A stretch of 38,451 nt of DNA from Octopus bimaculoides (Eukaryota): positions 14,269,801-14,308,251 of the forward strand of contig NC_069006.1 of the NCBI RefSeq assembly GCF_001194135.2, in the 5' to 3' direction. A program made the translations under genes and the position numbers. The notes beneath the pieces are model-generated. The model was given only the letters and a program-made list of their open reading frames with translations. It did not search any database and was not told the DNA's origin. Shown here piece after piece: positions 23,608 through 35,860 of the stretch; positions within the stretch are counted from its first letter, which is position 1; each line of letters starts with the position of its first letter.

Positions 23608-24744
23608 NNNNNNNNNNNNNNNNNNNNNNNNNNNNNNNNNNNNNNNNNNNNNNNNNNNNNNNNNNNNNNNNNNNNNNNNNNNNNNNNNNNNNNNNNNNNN
23701 NNNNNNNNNNNNNNNNNNNNNNNNNNNNNNNNNNNNNNNNNNNNNNNNNNNNNNNNNNNNNNNNNNNNNNNNNNNNNNNNNNNNNNNNNNNNNNNNNNNN
23801 NNNNNNNNNNNNNNNNNNNNNNNNNNNNNNNNNNNNNNNNNNNNNNNNNNNNNNNNNNNNNNNNNNNNNNNNNNNNNNNNNNNNNNNNNNNNNNNNNNNN
23901 NNNNNNNNNNNNNNNNNNNNNNNNNNNNNNNNNNNNNNNNNNNNNNNNNNNNNNNNNNNNNNNNNNNNNNNNNNNNNNNNNNNNNNNNNNNNNNNNNNNN
24001 NNNNNNNNNNNNNNNNNNNNNNNNNNNNNNNNNNNNNNNNNNNNNNNNNNNNNNNNNNNNNNNNNNNNNNNNNNNNNNNNNNNNNNNNNNNNNNNNNNNN
24101 NNNNNNNNNNNNNNNNNNNNNNNNNNNNNNNNNNNNNNNNNNNNNNNNNNNNNNNNNNNNNNNNNNNNNNNNNNNNNNNNNNNNNNNNNNNNNNNNNNNN
24201 NNNNNNNNNNNNNNNNNNNNNNNNNNNNNNNNNNNNNNNNNNNNNNNNNNNNNNNNNNNNNNNNNNNNNNNNNNNNNNNNNNNNNNNNNNNNNNNNNNNN
24301 NNNNNNNNNNNNNNNNNNNNNNNNNNNNNNNNNNNNNNNNNNNNNNNNNNNNNNNNNNNNNNNNNNNNNNNNNNNNNNNNNNNNNNNNNNNNNNNNNNNN
24401 NNNNNNNNNNNNNNNNNNNNNNNNNNNNNNNNNNNNNNNNNNNNNNNNNNNNNNNNNNNTATATATATGGCCCACAATGTCTTTAAATAATGTAGCAACA
24501 TGAATTAGTTTGGTTAAATAATTTTTATTCCTTGCAAGTCGCTAAATAGCTTTGCTGCATTTTGCTCTTATACATCCGACAATTTTGGGCGTTTTTGACC
24601 ATAAAACAGTATTTAATTTACATATCTTAGCAAATAGATCCATTTGAATCGTATGATAGTCATAATCGACAAAGAAATATTTTTTTTATTTATGATTTTC
24701 AAAATAAAGAATAGAGACACATGTCTTGTTCTTTATTTCTAGCA

Positions 24745-24840
24745 ACATAGAATGATATTGGATGGTCAAGGCCTGAAAATCTTTGATCACATACCTGCTC
24801 AATTTCGACTGACCTGAGGTTACAGAACAACAACAACAAT
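24745..24840 (+). mobile_element. SINE-like family E 3' end with (CAA)n tail
   Basis: ggatggtcaaggcctgaaaatctttgatcacatacctgctc...caacaacaacaa. Confidence 0.6.
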
Positions 24841-24880
24841 CTATTTTTTAAATAATCAAGGGGTTTGATAGATCAAGTAA

Positions 24881-25550
24881 CCCTCTAGCGCTTCAGATTG
24901 CTCTGTCCACTGTGATGCTTATTTACTCACATTGTTTTCAAATAATTGTGCATTATCTCATGCCTTTGAGATTTCAATGATGGGATTGCTTATATTAGAA
25001 TGACATTGTAGAGTAAGTGTGAGAGGCCAGATCTGGTTAGTTTGAACATAAAACAGCTAGGATATTTGAGGTGGATATGGTCAGCTTAAATCTTTAGCAT
25101 TCAGATTACTTTGTCAAAGGTAATATTTATTCATTTACATTGCTTTTTATGTGCCAGTGCCACTTAAAAGGCACCTGTGCCAGTGCTACATAAATGCACC
25201 TATGCCAGTGGCACATAGAATGTACCCAGTACACTCTGTTAAGTACTTGGTGTTAAGAAAGGCATCCAGCCATAGAATCTGTCACAACAAACAGTTGGAG
25301 ACAGGATAGCTCCCTCCATGTCAAAATTTCCAACTCATGCCAGCATGGAAAGAGGATGCTAAACAATGATGATGATTGTTTTCAATTAATCATGAATTAT
25401 TTCTATAGCTTTCAGGTTTCAGTGAGGTGATTGTATATTTTTAGAATGACATTATTGTAGGGTAGGTGTGAGAGACTGGATCAGGCCAGTTTGAACATAG
25501 AACTGGAAGAAATTTTGGGCTGCATATGACTGGTTTACATGCTTAAAGGG
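24881..25550 (+). mobile_element. Head-to-tail MITE-1 dimer; second unit interrupted by a family A SINE
   Basis: Unit 1 spans 24881-~25091 and unit 2 ~25092-25550, ending aaaggg|ttaa. The SINE occupies 25143-25374. Confidence 0.78.
25143..25374 (+). mobile_element. Family A SINE-like copy, nested, plus orientation
   Basis: ccaactcatgccagcatggaaagaggatgctaaacaatgatgatga; ATTG on both sides. Confidence 0.8.
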
Positions 25551-25689
25551 TTAAAAATGGAAACACTGTCAAATTACAGATGGGATAATATAGACACACA
25601 CACACACACACACACACACACTTACATATATACATACACACTCGCTCCTATATACAGAATAGGACTTGTATATAGTTTCTGAAAACCAA

Positions 25690-26115
25690 TTTCATAGATA
25701 GCCAGACAGACAGATGGATAGACTGATGGATAGACAAACGGATAAATAGATAGACAGATAGATAGACGGATAAATAAATAGACAGATGGACAGATAGATA
25801 GATGGATAGATAGACAGATAGATAAATAGATGGATAAATAGAAGATATAGACAGATAGATAGGTAGGTGAATGGATGGACAGATAGATAGATGGATAAAT
25901 AGATAGAGAGATAGATAGATAGATAGATAGATAGAGGGACAGATAGATAGATGGATAAATAGATAGAGAGATAAATAAATAGATTGATACAGACAGATAG
26001 ATAATAGATAGATAGATAGAGACACAAACAGATAAATGAATAGAGAGAGAGGGGGACAGATAGATAAATAGAGAGAGAGGGGAGACAGATTGATAGATTA
26101 ATAGATAGATAGACA
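25690..26115. repeat. (GATA)n/(GACA)n satellite
   Basis: Directly visible. Confidence 0.95.
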
Positions 26116-26593
26116 ACTAGTTAGGTTGAAAATATTTTCTGCACACATCCAAATTTTCATATGCACACACACTCTCACTCATATTCTTTTCTAATGTTAC
26201 TCAGCCTTCTATCAAACTTGTTATAACCAGGACCAAGTTTTTAAGTAGGTCTGGTGGTAGTAGTAGTAGTAGCAGCGGTAGTAATAGTAGTGGTGGTTGT
26301 GGTGATTCCATTAATATACATTTACCATATCAAATTAAAATATTTGAAATGTAAGTTCATTAACATAAGTTCCTCTTCAATCACAAGACATATTTTCTTA
26401 ACTTTGAAAGGTTTCACTTTTCGAAATAGTTTAACACATCACCATCCTCCTCATCATCACCAGCCTCTTCATCATCATCACCATCATGTCTAGATTTTTG
26501 AAATCTGGGATGGCTTAAGTATATTCTCAGGAGTTCTATTTGGCAAGATGCTATAAATTGCAATGCAGAATTACATACTGTACTCCCCTATAA

Positions 26594-26658
<65 letters not shown>

Positions 26659-27140
26659 GTGGTGAGTTGGCATAGTTGTTAGCATGCCGGGCGAAATGCT
26701 CAGCAGCATTTTATCTGTCTTTCTGTTCTGGGTTCAAATTACACCGAGGTCGGCTTTACCTTTCATCCTTTTGAGATTGATAAATTAAGTACCAGTCAAA
26801 TATTGGGGTTGGTGTGAACAATTTTACCCCTCTTCAAAAATTTCAGGCTTTGTACTTATAGGTGAAAGGATTATTATTGACCCTGGGGTCAATGTAATTG
26901 GCTCACCCCCAAAATGGCTGCCCTTGTTGCAAAATTTGAAACTCCACAGGCTGGAAGAATTGTAAGCACGCTGGGTGAAATGCTTGGTGGTATTTCATCT
27001 ATCTTCATGTTCTGAGTTCAAATTCCACCAAGGTCAACTTTGTCTTTTATCCTTTTGGGGTCAACAAATTATGTACCAGTCAAGTTGTGGGGTCGATGTG
27101 ATCAATTTTTCACATCCCTCAAAATTTCAGGCCTTGTTTC
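26659..27140 (+). mobile_element. Two tandem tRNA-derived SINE family C copies (26659-26878; ~26945-27140)
   Basis: gtggtgagttggcatag...gttctgggttcaaatt...aaaatttcaggc repeated twice. Confidence 0.82.
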
Positions 27141-27144
27141 CTAT

Positions 27145-27508
27145 ACTCTTTTACTTGTTTCAGTCATTTGACTGTGGCCATGCTGGAGCACCGCCTTTAG
27201 TCGAGCAAATCGACCCCAGGACTTATTCTTTCGAAGCCTAGTACTTATTCTATCAGTCTCTTTTGCCGAACCGCCAAGTTACGAGGACGTAAACACACCA
27301 GCATCAGTTGTCAAGCAATGTTGTGGGGACAAACACAGACACACAAACACATACACACACATACATATATATACATACACATACGGTGGGCTTCTTTCAG
27401 TTTCTATCTACCAATTCTACTCACAAGGCTTTGGTCGGCCCGAGGCTACAGTAGAAGACACTTGCCCAAGGTGCCACGCAGTAGGACTGAACCCAGAACC
27501 ATGTGGTT
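27145..27508 (-). mobile_element. tRNA-derived SINE family B, near full length
   Basis: Reverse complement of 33771-34191, including the internal (CA/TA) microsatellite. Confidence 0.9.
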
Positions 27509-28272
27509 GATACGTGCCACACAATATGGCTGAACCCAAAACCAAGAAGTTTGGGAGCAAACCTCTTATTTTATTTACTTCCTTGAGAATTTGGGTTCTT
27601 GGAGCAAAATAGGAATTCTTGGGTATGAATGAATTCTTGGAGGCAAAACTTCTGTTCTTTGCACTTTCACTCTCCACATTCCCACACTGTGCCAGTGCTG
27701 GAAATTAAAATTTCTACAAGCCATTCATGCCGCCTTTGCTAAAATTGACTTTGCTGAAATGAACTTGGCTAAAATTATCTTTGTTGTTGTCTTAGAAGAG
27801 AAATTACCTCAGTAGCTGTTTGTACTGATGTTGTTGTTGGTGGTGGTGGTGGTGTAATTGAATTTATCCGTCAAATTGCCACTGTAAGAAATTAGAAGAA
27901 GGAATTTGGTCAAATGCATCTAACCTTTGTATGACCCCCCTTCTTTATCCTGAAAATCCCTGTAAAACTTTCTTTCATTAAGGAAATGAATTTCAAAAGA
28001 TGCTTGGATTTATTTCCTAATTTTCAAAGAACTGATGCTTGCAACAGCAATGCGTTTATTGTTATATCTGATTCGGTTCCAAGTGTCACAACAGATTTCC
28101 AAGACACTTGGCACCGATGAATTTCTTCTCGGATCAGAGATGGATTATCTCTATCATCTTCTTCTCTGTCCTTTTTGATTGTTACTTAGATCTGCTTCTG
28201 TGTGTGTCTGTGTGTCTGTGTGTGTGTGTGTGTTTATGTGTTGTGGAGAATGCATGGGAGAGAATGAGAATG

Positions 28273-28306
<34 letters not shown>

Positions 28307-28764
28307 ACAAGGCAAAATGATAAGCGAGTTATTAAGATTGCAGGATAGCAGGTAAATGGATGGTCGGGTAGGAACTGAAGGTGGGTAGATAGATATGTTA
28401 CATAGTTANNNNNNNNNNNNNNNNNNNNNNNNNNNNNNNNNNNNNNNNNNNNNNNNNNNNNNNNNNNNNNNNNNNNNNNNNNNNNNNNNNNNNNNNNNNN
28501 NNNNNNNNNNNNNNNNNNNNNNNNNNNNNNNNNNNNNNNNNNNNNNNNNNNNNNNNNNNNNNNNNNNNNNNNNNNNNNNNNNNNNNNNNNNNNNNNNNNN
28601 NNNNNNNNNNNNNNNNNNNNNNNNNNNNNNNNNNNNNNNNNNNNNNNNNNNNNNNNNNNNNNNNNNNNNNNNNNNNNNNNNNNNNNNNNNNNNNNNNNNN
28701 NNNNNNNNNNNNNNNNNNNNNNNNNNNNNNNNNNNNNNNNNNNNNNNNNNNNNNNNNNNNNNNN

Positions 28765-28961
28765 GATACATAGATATATATATATAGACAGAGATACATA
28801 GACAGATATATAGACAGAGATAAATAGATATATAGACAGAGGTAAATAGATATATAGACAGAGATAAGTAGATATATAGACAGATACATAGATAGATATA
28901 TATATATAGACAGAGATACATAGACAGATATAAATAGATATATAGACAGAGATACATAGAC

Positions 28962-29005
<44 letters not shown>

Positions 29006-29095
29006 ACAAACAGACTGACAGACAGAGAGATAGGTAAAAACAATTTTAAAAAAAGAAACATACAGAAAACAATATTTGTGTAGATACATAGATAG
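28765..29095. repeat. GATA-derived satellite with a higher-order ~22-bp unit (gatatatagacagagataaata)
   Basis: Directly visible; abuts a gap. Confidence 0.88.
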
Positions 29096-30299
29096 AAAGT
29101 GATGGTTAGATAAATATAAAGTGATAGATGTACTACCACCACTGGTAAGATTCATTTAAACCAAGATCACTACCATGAAAACTAAATAATTCAGTATACG
29201 AAGATATGTTGTGTTTGCGATAGAAGCAAAGATGTTGTAAGAAGCAGATAATCATCTAATGATATTTCATCTTAAGCTTCTTTATATTTTTCATGATTTA
29301 AAAAACTTTTTTTTTTCACCCCTACCTTGGCTAACTGCTTTAACAAATGTACCTTTTTTTTTACAGTGTTTTTTAAAGGGGTATTTATTTTTGTTTTCGA
29401 TTCAACAAAAATATATATATTTTTTTTTTGTGCATAATCTCCTTATCAGATACAGGGAATTTTTTTTGTCTGTTCTTTCATAGCTTCTTTCCCCTCTGTG
29501 TTTGTGTGTACATACATATGTATGTGTTTGTGTATGCATGTGTGTGTGTGTATATACACACACACACACAAATGTTCTTATTGTACATTGATGCTAGCAT
29601 ATTTGTGTCTATATGTATGTATATAAATATGTGTGTATTTATGTAATGTTTATGTCTGTATATATATGTTTGTATGAGCAGTGATATACATATATATGTA
29701 TATATATATGTGTGCATATGTATGTTTGTGTGTATATAAGTGTATCTATATCTATGTATGTATATTTATATTGTCATGTGTGTGCGTATATGTATGTTTG
29801 TGTATTTAAACATATCTATGCATACCTATGTTCATGTTTATATATAACTATGTGTATATATATATATATATATATATGCATTTCAGTGTACGTGTTTGTG
29901 TGTTTTATATATATATATATAGATATTTGTGTATGTTACTTTTGTATTGCTCACCATGCAGTCAGACTGGAGCTAAATATATTGTTATGGTACTTCTTAG
30001 ACCAGACCTAAGATTTGTTCCTATAAAGGTTCTTTGCCTTCCGATTTAAGCCAGGGATCTCCCTTTAATGACATGTAACCAAACCATACAAATCTATCTG
30101 CCTGACTGTGTCCATATGTGTGTGTATTTATGGATCTCTGTGTATAAATGTACATACATACATACATAAATACATATAGTGTTATAATAAGTGCATGTTT
30201 GGTATTCTATGGTAAGGTGTATGTATTCAAACTTATAATATTATTGTTAGAAATAGCAGCCAAATCTCCCTTGGAGCTTTACTCTGCTAGCTTGAAAAA

Positions 30300-30470
30300 A
30301 GAACCAGTTTGACAGGATCTAGCCAGCCACTGAACTGCGTTGTGCTTCACTGATGTCTTTGACATGGTTTCTATGGCTTGGATGCCCTTCCTAACACCAA
30401 CCACATTACAGTGTGAACTGAGTGTCCTTTTCGTATCACTGGTACTAGAGAAGTTACCAGGTAACTTGCA
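30300..30470 (-). mobile_element. Family A SINE-like internal fragment
   Basis: catggtttctatggcttggatgcccttcctaacaccaacc core. Confidence 0.7.
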
Positions 30471-30489
30471 AAAGAGGAAATGAACAGGG

Positions 30490-30740
30490 TATGGTGGCGA
30501 ACCCTGCTGTACTCTTTCACCACCACTTTCTCTCACTCTTACTTCCTGTTTCTGTTGTGCCTGTAATTCAAAGGGTCAGCCTTGTGTCACGCTGAATATC
30601 CCCGAGAACTACATTAAGGGTACATGTGTCTGTGGAGTGCTCAGCCACTTGCACGTTAATTTCATGAGCAGGCTGTTCCGTTGACCGAATCAACTGGAAC
30701 CCTCGCCGTCATAAGCGACGGAGTGCCAACAAACAACAAC
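30490..30740 (+). mobile_element. Retroposon-like repeat (family F) with (CAA)n tail
   Basis: GC-richer, CpG-retaining block ending ggagtgccaacaaacaacaac. Recognised from memory as a common octopus repeat; single copy in this window. Confidence 0.5.
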
Positions 30741-31497
30741 ATCCTTGCAAGGTTGGGTGGAATCTTTTGAGGCAGTCATTTACGACAAGATGCTAACCCT
30801 TGTTTTTTTGCTAACTCTCATTGTTACATCTTATGACACACAAGGGTACCATGTATTTATTCTAAATATTCAAAGCACACAAGCTCATAATATTGTATTC
30901 ATCAGTGTATGCGTGTATGTATGTATGTGTGTTTATATATTAATATTGTATTGTGTTAGAAAAAAAATCAATATTTTTAATTTCAGCAAAATCAATCATC
31001 CATCGATATTTCGTCATCAATTCGTCAGTTATTACAGCGTTTTTGGTTAAGACACTTGACTCTAATTGCCTTAATGCTTTTCTGCTCTATTTAAGGAAAC
31101 TATCATCATCATCATTACCATAAAGACCCTCTTCGTCATCATCACTATCATCATTAACTTCATCCTATTCCTCATCATCAACCTCATCTTTATTATCATC
31201 GTCATCATCGTCATCACTTTCATCACCCATTTTCATTGTTTTTATTATCAATATATTTGACTTCCTCAATTTAAAAATTAAAATTAATTTTTTTTTAAAT
31301 TTAAGAAAAAAAAAAATTTCAAAACATTTGTGGAAAATTAAAATAAATTTTAATTTTTATCATTTTATTTGAAATATTTTTAATTTGTGGCTTAATTTTT
31401 TTTTTATGTGTGTGTTCAATTTCATTGTTGTTGTAATTTTATTTTTTTTTTAAATTTTTTTTTTGTATTATTTATTTCCCCTCTCTTACATTTATAG

Positions 31498-31539
31498 GCT
31501 TAAGCCGTTTAATATGGGCCGACAGGATGGGTGAGAAAA
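31498..31539 (+). other. Candidate frame-symmetric micro-exon, 33 or 42 nt (unverified)
   Basis: Acceptor ttcccctctcttacatttatAG; two donors, GG|GTGAGA (end 31530) and AA|GTGAGT (end 31539), both giving lengths divisible by 3. Confidence 0.33.
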
Positions 31540-31984
31540 GTGAGTTTTCACATATAATCCTCCAACCATATGTTCTCTACTCTGAATATTAAAATATTTC
31601 GATTCTTTAAAAAAAAAAAAAAAAAAAGAGAAAATTCTAAAAAAAAAAAAATACAAAAATCTGAAAAAAAAAATAGTCACTTGTCTGCACCCTCTCCTTT
31701 TTCACTACCACTACCACCACCACCACTACAACTATTACTGTTTCTGCTACTGCCTTCCCCTTGATTCTCTCTCTCTATCTATCTTTAGTTTTCCATGCTG
31801 GAAACTCTTTCTATTATTTTGTTTACCTGTATCTCTTCCTCTCTCTCTCTCTCTCTCTCTCTTTCTTTTAGTCCCTTTTACTCTCTCTCATTTTTTCTCT
31901 CTCTTTCTCTTTTTATTTCTCTCTTTCCTTTCATGCTTTTGTTCGGTGTTTTAGTATTTAGATTCATATCATTAATATATATTT

Positions 31985-32218
31985 AGATATGTATATATAT
32001 ATATATATGTGTATATATATATATATATATACACACATACACATACATGCACATATGTATATGTACATGTGTGAATATAATATAGATATATCTATATAAA
32101 TATATACACACATATACATAGATGTGTATACATGCATATATATAATATATACATATACAAATGTGTGTGTATGTATATATATACATATATATATATATAC
32201 ACATATATATATATACAC

Positions 32219-32299
<81 letters not shown>

Positions 32300-32335
32300 T
32301 ATATACACATATATATATATATGTACATATATATA
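31985..32335. repeat. Compound (TA)/(CA) microsatellite
   Basis: Directly visible. Confidence 0.95.
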
Positions 32336-32823
32336 GTAGAATTAGATAGTTTCTTTGCTTTTTTTGGCTTTTATGGCATTGATGTATTTCGTTGTTTTAT
32401 TTGCTGTTGTTGTTCTTGTTGTTGTTACATTTTGCTTGCTTTGATTCACCTTACCTCCCCTTGCTTTCCGTTCCTCACCAACATACTCCTTACATTCAAC
32501 CACCACTGCCACCACCACCACCATCATCATCATCACAACCATTATCTCCACTTTCATATTTTCCTCATTCCTTCCACTCATAGTTTTTGCTCCTTCATTC
32601 ATTAATCTCCTTCATTACTCTACTGATTCTTTAATCTTGTATTTCATTCTTGTCCCTTAGACGTTTTGTCGTCGTTCTCTTCCTCAATCTCACATTTTTC
32701 TACTTCATTATTCTAAAGTCAACTAGGATAGGAAGAGCTCATGTGGCCACTTGGCATGCTAGAAATAATAACCAAATCCTCATCATAAAAGAATAGAAAG
32801 AGAAAAACCGATAAATGGTCATA

Positions 32824-32961
32824 AATGGAGCCTTAATGTTAATATGCAGGCAAGAAAGGTTGACGTAGCAGTAAGTTGGGTGAGTGGATAAGTTCTTTGG
32901 GACTAGATTTTTCCTGACTGATGTTTCTGAGTTCAATACTTGACCAAAAGGATAGCTTATC
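32824..32961 (+). repeat. 138-bp direct repeat, copy 1 (partner 35861-35998)
   Basis: Base-by-base comparison gives 136/138 identity. Confidence 0.95.
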
Positions 32962-33204
32962 ATGACCTGAAAAACAAAACATAGAAAAAATGGGAAAATT
33001 GGTAATGACAGCTGGAGAGCTTATTTGATCCTAGATCTTTAGATTCACTGATAGCATGAACAACATCAACATTGCTAGTTTGATTGACCAATTTTCTACA
33101 TCTCTCTCTCTCTCAGCCATTGCTTTGTTGGTCTCTCTCTCTCTCTCTCTCTAGTGCTTTGCATATTCTGTTTTTCTTTCTTAACTCTCTCCTTTGTTTG
33201 TTGC

Positions 33205-33385
33205 TCACTCAGCTAGAGATAGCAGCCAAATTTCTTTCAAGCCTCATGTTATTGATTCAGATACAAAAAGAGCATATTAGGTAATGTAGCGTCACAAACC
33301 CCATAGAAAGACTGGATGGTCATAGCTGGAACGTCTTTGATCATAGGCCTGCATAGTCAGGTTTCACTTAGGGCTAAACACCAAT
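33205..33385 (+). mobile_element. SINE-like family E copy
   Basis: gctagagatagcagccaaat...ggatggtcatagctggaacgtctttgatcatagg...agggctaaac. Confidence 0.65.
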
Positions 33386-33580
33386 GTTTCTACTAATAAT
33401 ACTGATGGATCCTCTTGTTTGACCGACTTTACTAAGTCTTACGTGGCTGAGTACTCCAGAGATATGTTTACCACTGGATGAATCTATGTGAAACAGTCTA
33501 AGATAAAACTAGATCTTTTATTTACAAGAATAGTCTACCTTGAAGTATAGGGTTAGTTAGTTAATATTCGTTTAATACAG

Positions 33581-33604
33581 GAGCATATATTCTGGGTGTG
33601 CTAG
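33581..33604 (+). other. Candidate 24-nt micro-exon (unverified)
   Basis: tttaatacAG|gagcatatattctgggtgtgctag|GTATGT; open in phases 1 and 2. Confidence 0.22.
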
Positions 33605-33770
33605 GTATGTGCTATGCACCCACTGAAAATGGCAAATTCATTATAAATATTAATTTTCTCATTAATTTAATCTCAAATCTTAATGGAAAATTTTTGTTAT
33701 ATTCCTGATTGAAATATGGTGGCATTGGGTGTGGAAAGTACACCCAACACAACCACCACCATATGCCACT

Positions 33771-33928
33771 GGAGTGGCTGTGTGGTAAGTAGCTTGCTTA
33801 CCAACCACATGGTTCTGGGTTCAGTCCCATTGTGTGGCACCTTGAGCAAGTGTCTTCTACTATAGCCTCGGGGCCGCCCAAAGCCTTATGAGTGGATTTG
33901 GTAGACAGAAACTGAAAGAAGCTCGTCG

Positions 33929-33975
<47 letters not shown>

Positions 33976-34191
33976 TTGTGCGTCTGTGTTTGTCCCCCCA
34001 ACATCGCTTGACAACCAATGCTAGTGTGTTTACGTCCCCGTAACTTAATGGTTCGGCAAGAGATACCGNNNNNNNNNNNNNNNNNNNNNNNNNNNNNACA
34101 AAGAATAAGTCCTGGAGTCGATTTGCTCGACTAAAAGGCGGTGCTCCAGCATGGCCGCAGTCAAATGACTGAAACAAGTAAAAGAATAAAG
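33771..34191 (+). mobile_element. tRNA-derived SINE family B, full length (small gap inside)
   Basis: A-box-like tggctgtgtgg and B-box-like gggttcagtccc, followed by gcaccttgagcaagtgtc (CORE-like, inferred), an internal microsatellite and an A-rich tail. Confidence 0.9.
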
Positions 34192-34308
34192 GAATAAAAG
34201 AATATGTATATATAATTCCTCTTGGTTAAATTACCATGACATTTGTGATAAATCTGGACAGTTGGAGTAATAGTGATTAAACCAGATATTTGAATAATGA
34301 GTGATTAA

Positions 34309-34686
34309 CCCTTTAGTATTCAAACTACTCTGTCCAATGAAATGCTTATTCATATAGTTTTGAATTAATCATGCATTATCTCATAGCTTTGTGATTTCAA
34401 TGATGTGATTGTTAATAGAATGATATTTTAGGGTAGGTGTGAAAGGCCAGATATGGCCAGTTTAACCCCTTAGCGTTCAGCTATCTCTGTCAAAAGTAAT
34501 ATTTATTTATTCACATTGTACTTGAATTAACCATGCATTATCTCATAGCTTTGACATGTCAATAACGTGATTGCTTACTTTTAGAATGACATCGTAGGGT
34601 AGGTGTGAGAGGCTGGACCTGGCCAATTTTGACATAAAACAAGGTAGAATATTTGGGCCGGTTATGGCTGGCTTAAATGCTGAAGG
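34309..34686 (+). mobile_element. MITE-1 with a second MITE-1 nested at an internal TTAA (inner copy 34466-34686)
   Basis: TTAA at 34305-34308 and 34462-34465. The outer copy stops at ggccagtt and resumes with aacata after the inner copy. Confidence 0.75.
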
Positions 34687-35069
34687 AACATATGACCAGC
34701 ACATTTGATTTGCATGTGATTAAACTGGACATTTGACTTACAAGTGCAGTCAGTCCACTGGGATATCACAAAGCATCTGTCGATATGATTTCACTTTATA
34801 ACTCTTGAATCTACTCCTCCTGTTACAATTGGTACTACAACTATCACTCTCTCTATCGATCATCACTATTAATATTACCAAGACTTCCTATAAGCTCGTG
34901 TTCCCATCCACTTCAATGTTGTCTGCTCTGTTTGTCTGTGTGGTTTATTTGTTTTGGTTATTCAATTTATGATTTGCTTCATATTGCTGCCTCGCCTATT
35001 TGTATTATTTGTTTTCAATGTATATGTCATCAACCATTTTTGGTACTGCTCTTTTGATTTATTGCATAC

Positions 35070-35078
35070 CCACACACA

Positions 35079-35142
<64 letters not shown>
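35070..35142. repeat. Long (CA)n microsatellite
   Basis: Directly visible. Confidence 0.97.
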
Positions 35143-35143
<1 letters not shown>

Positions 35144-35275
35144 TCATAAAAATACACATACACACACACTCAAGCCCACATGCATGTGCATGAATGGGAG
35201 TACATGAATATATTCCCTTATATATAAACACGCAAATGAACACTTCACATGCTCCATCTACACACACACACACAC

Positions 35276-35316
<41 letters not shown>

Positions 35317-35860
35317 CATCACAGACATCTTTGTATAAGATAACAATATATTCCATATATAGAACACACATCTAAATGCACAAAAGAATTAATGGTAATT
35401 CTGTTCAATTATATATTACATACATCAAATATAATTTAAGTGACTCATTACAATTGGCCATATGTTTCTCACTGTAGGAGTGTTTCATTCACTTGAAAAT
35501 TACTTTACAGACTGAAACAGGAGGCCATCTGTAATGAATCATTCTAATTTAATATATCTTATTATTCTTGACATCTAGTCCTGGCTTGAGGTCTTTAAAT
35601 GAGAAATGTCTCTAGCTCATAATTAGTATTTCCAACACACACACACACATGCCTTTACACACAATAATTGATGGTAATGCTGGTGATGAAATTGCTATTA
35701 AAAGATGTAAAATGTCTGCAAGAAGCAGTGTGTTCGCTTTTTTGAATTGTGCCTTTAATTTTGCTTTATCATAATCCCACCCCACTAGAACAATTTTGTC
35801 TTTTATTTTTTTTGCTGGTCCCCAATACCCTAATATCCTTTCACCCTGCCTTTTGATGTG

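Noticed and set aside
24795-24813. Minus-strand 19-nt micro-exon-like sites
   Set aside because: Lies inside a family E SINE and is not frame-symmetric.
27808-27881. Minus-strand 74-nt segment with a strong acceptor and GAG|GTAATT donor
   Set aside because: Stops in all three frames, and the core is a CAC/CAA microsatellite. It could only be a non-coding exon, which cannot be tested here.
32851-32871. 21-nt micro-exon-like ARKVDVA with a GTAAGT donor
   Set aside because: Lies within decayed SINE sequence in the 138-bp duplicated block; the acceptor lacks a pyrimidine tract.
33771-33845. tRNA-like A and B boxes
   Set aside because: SINE head that continues into the SINE body; not a tRNA gene.
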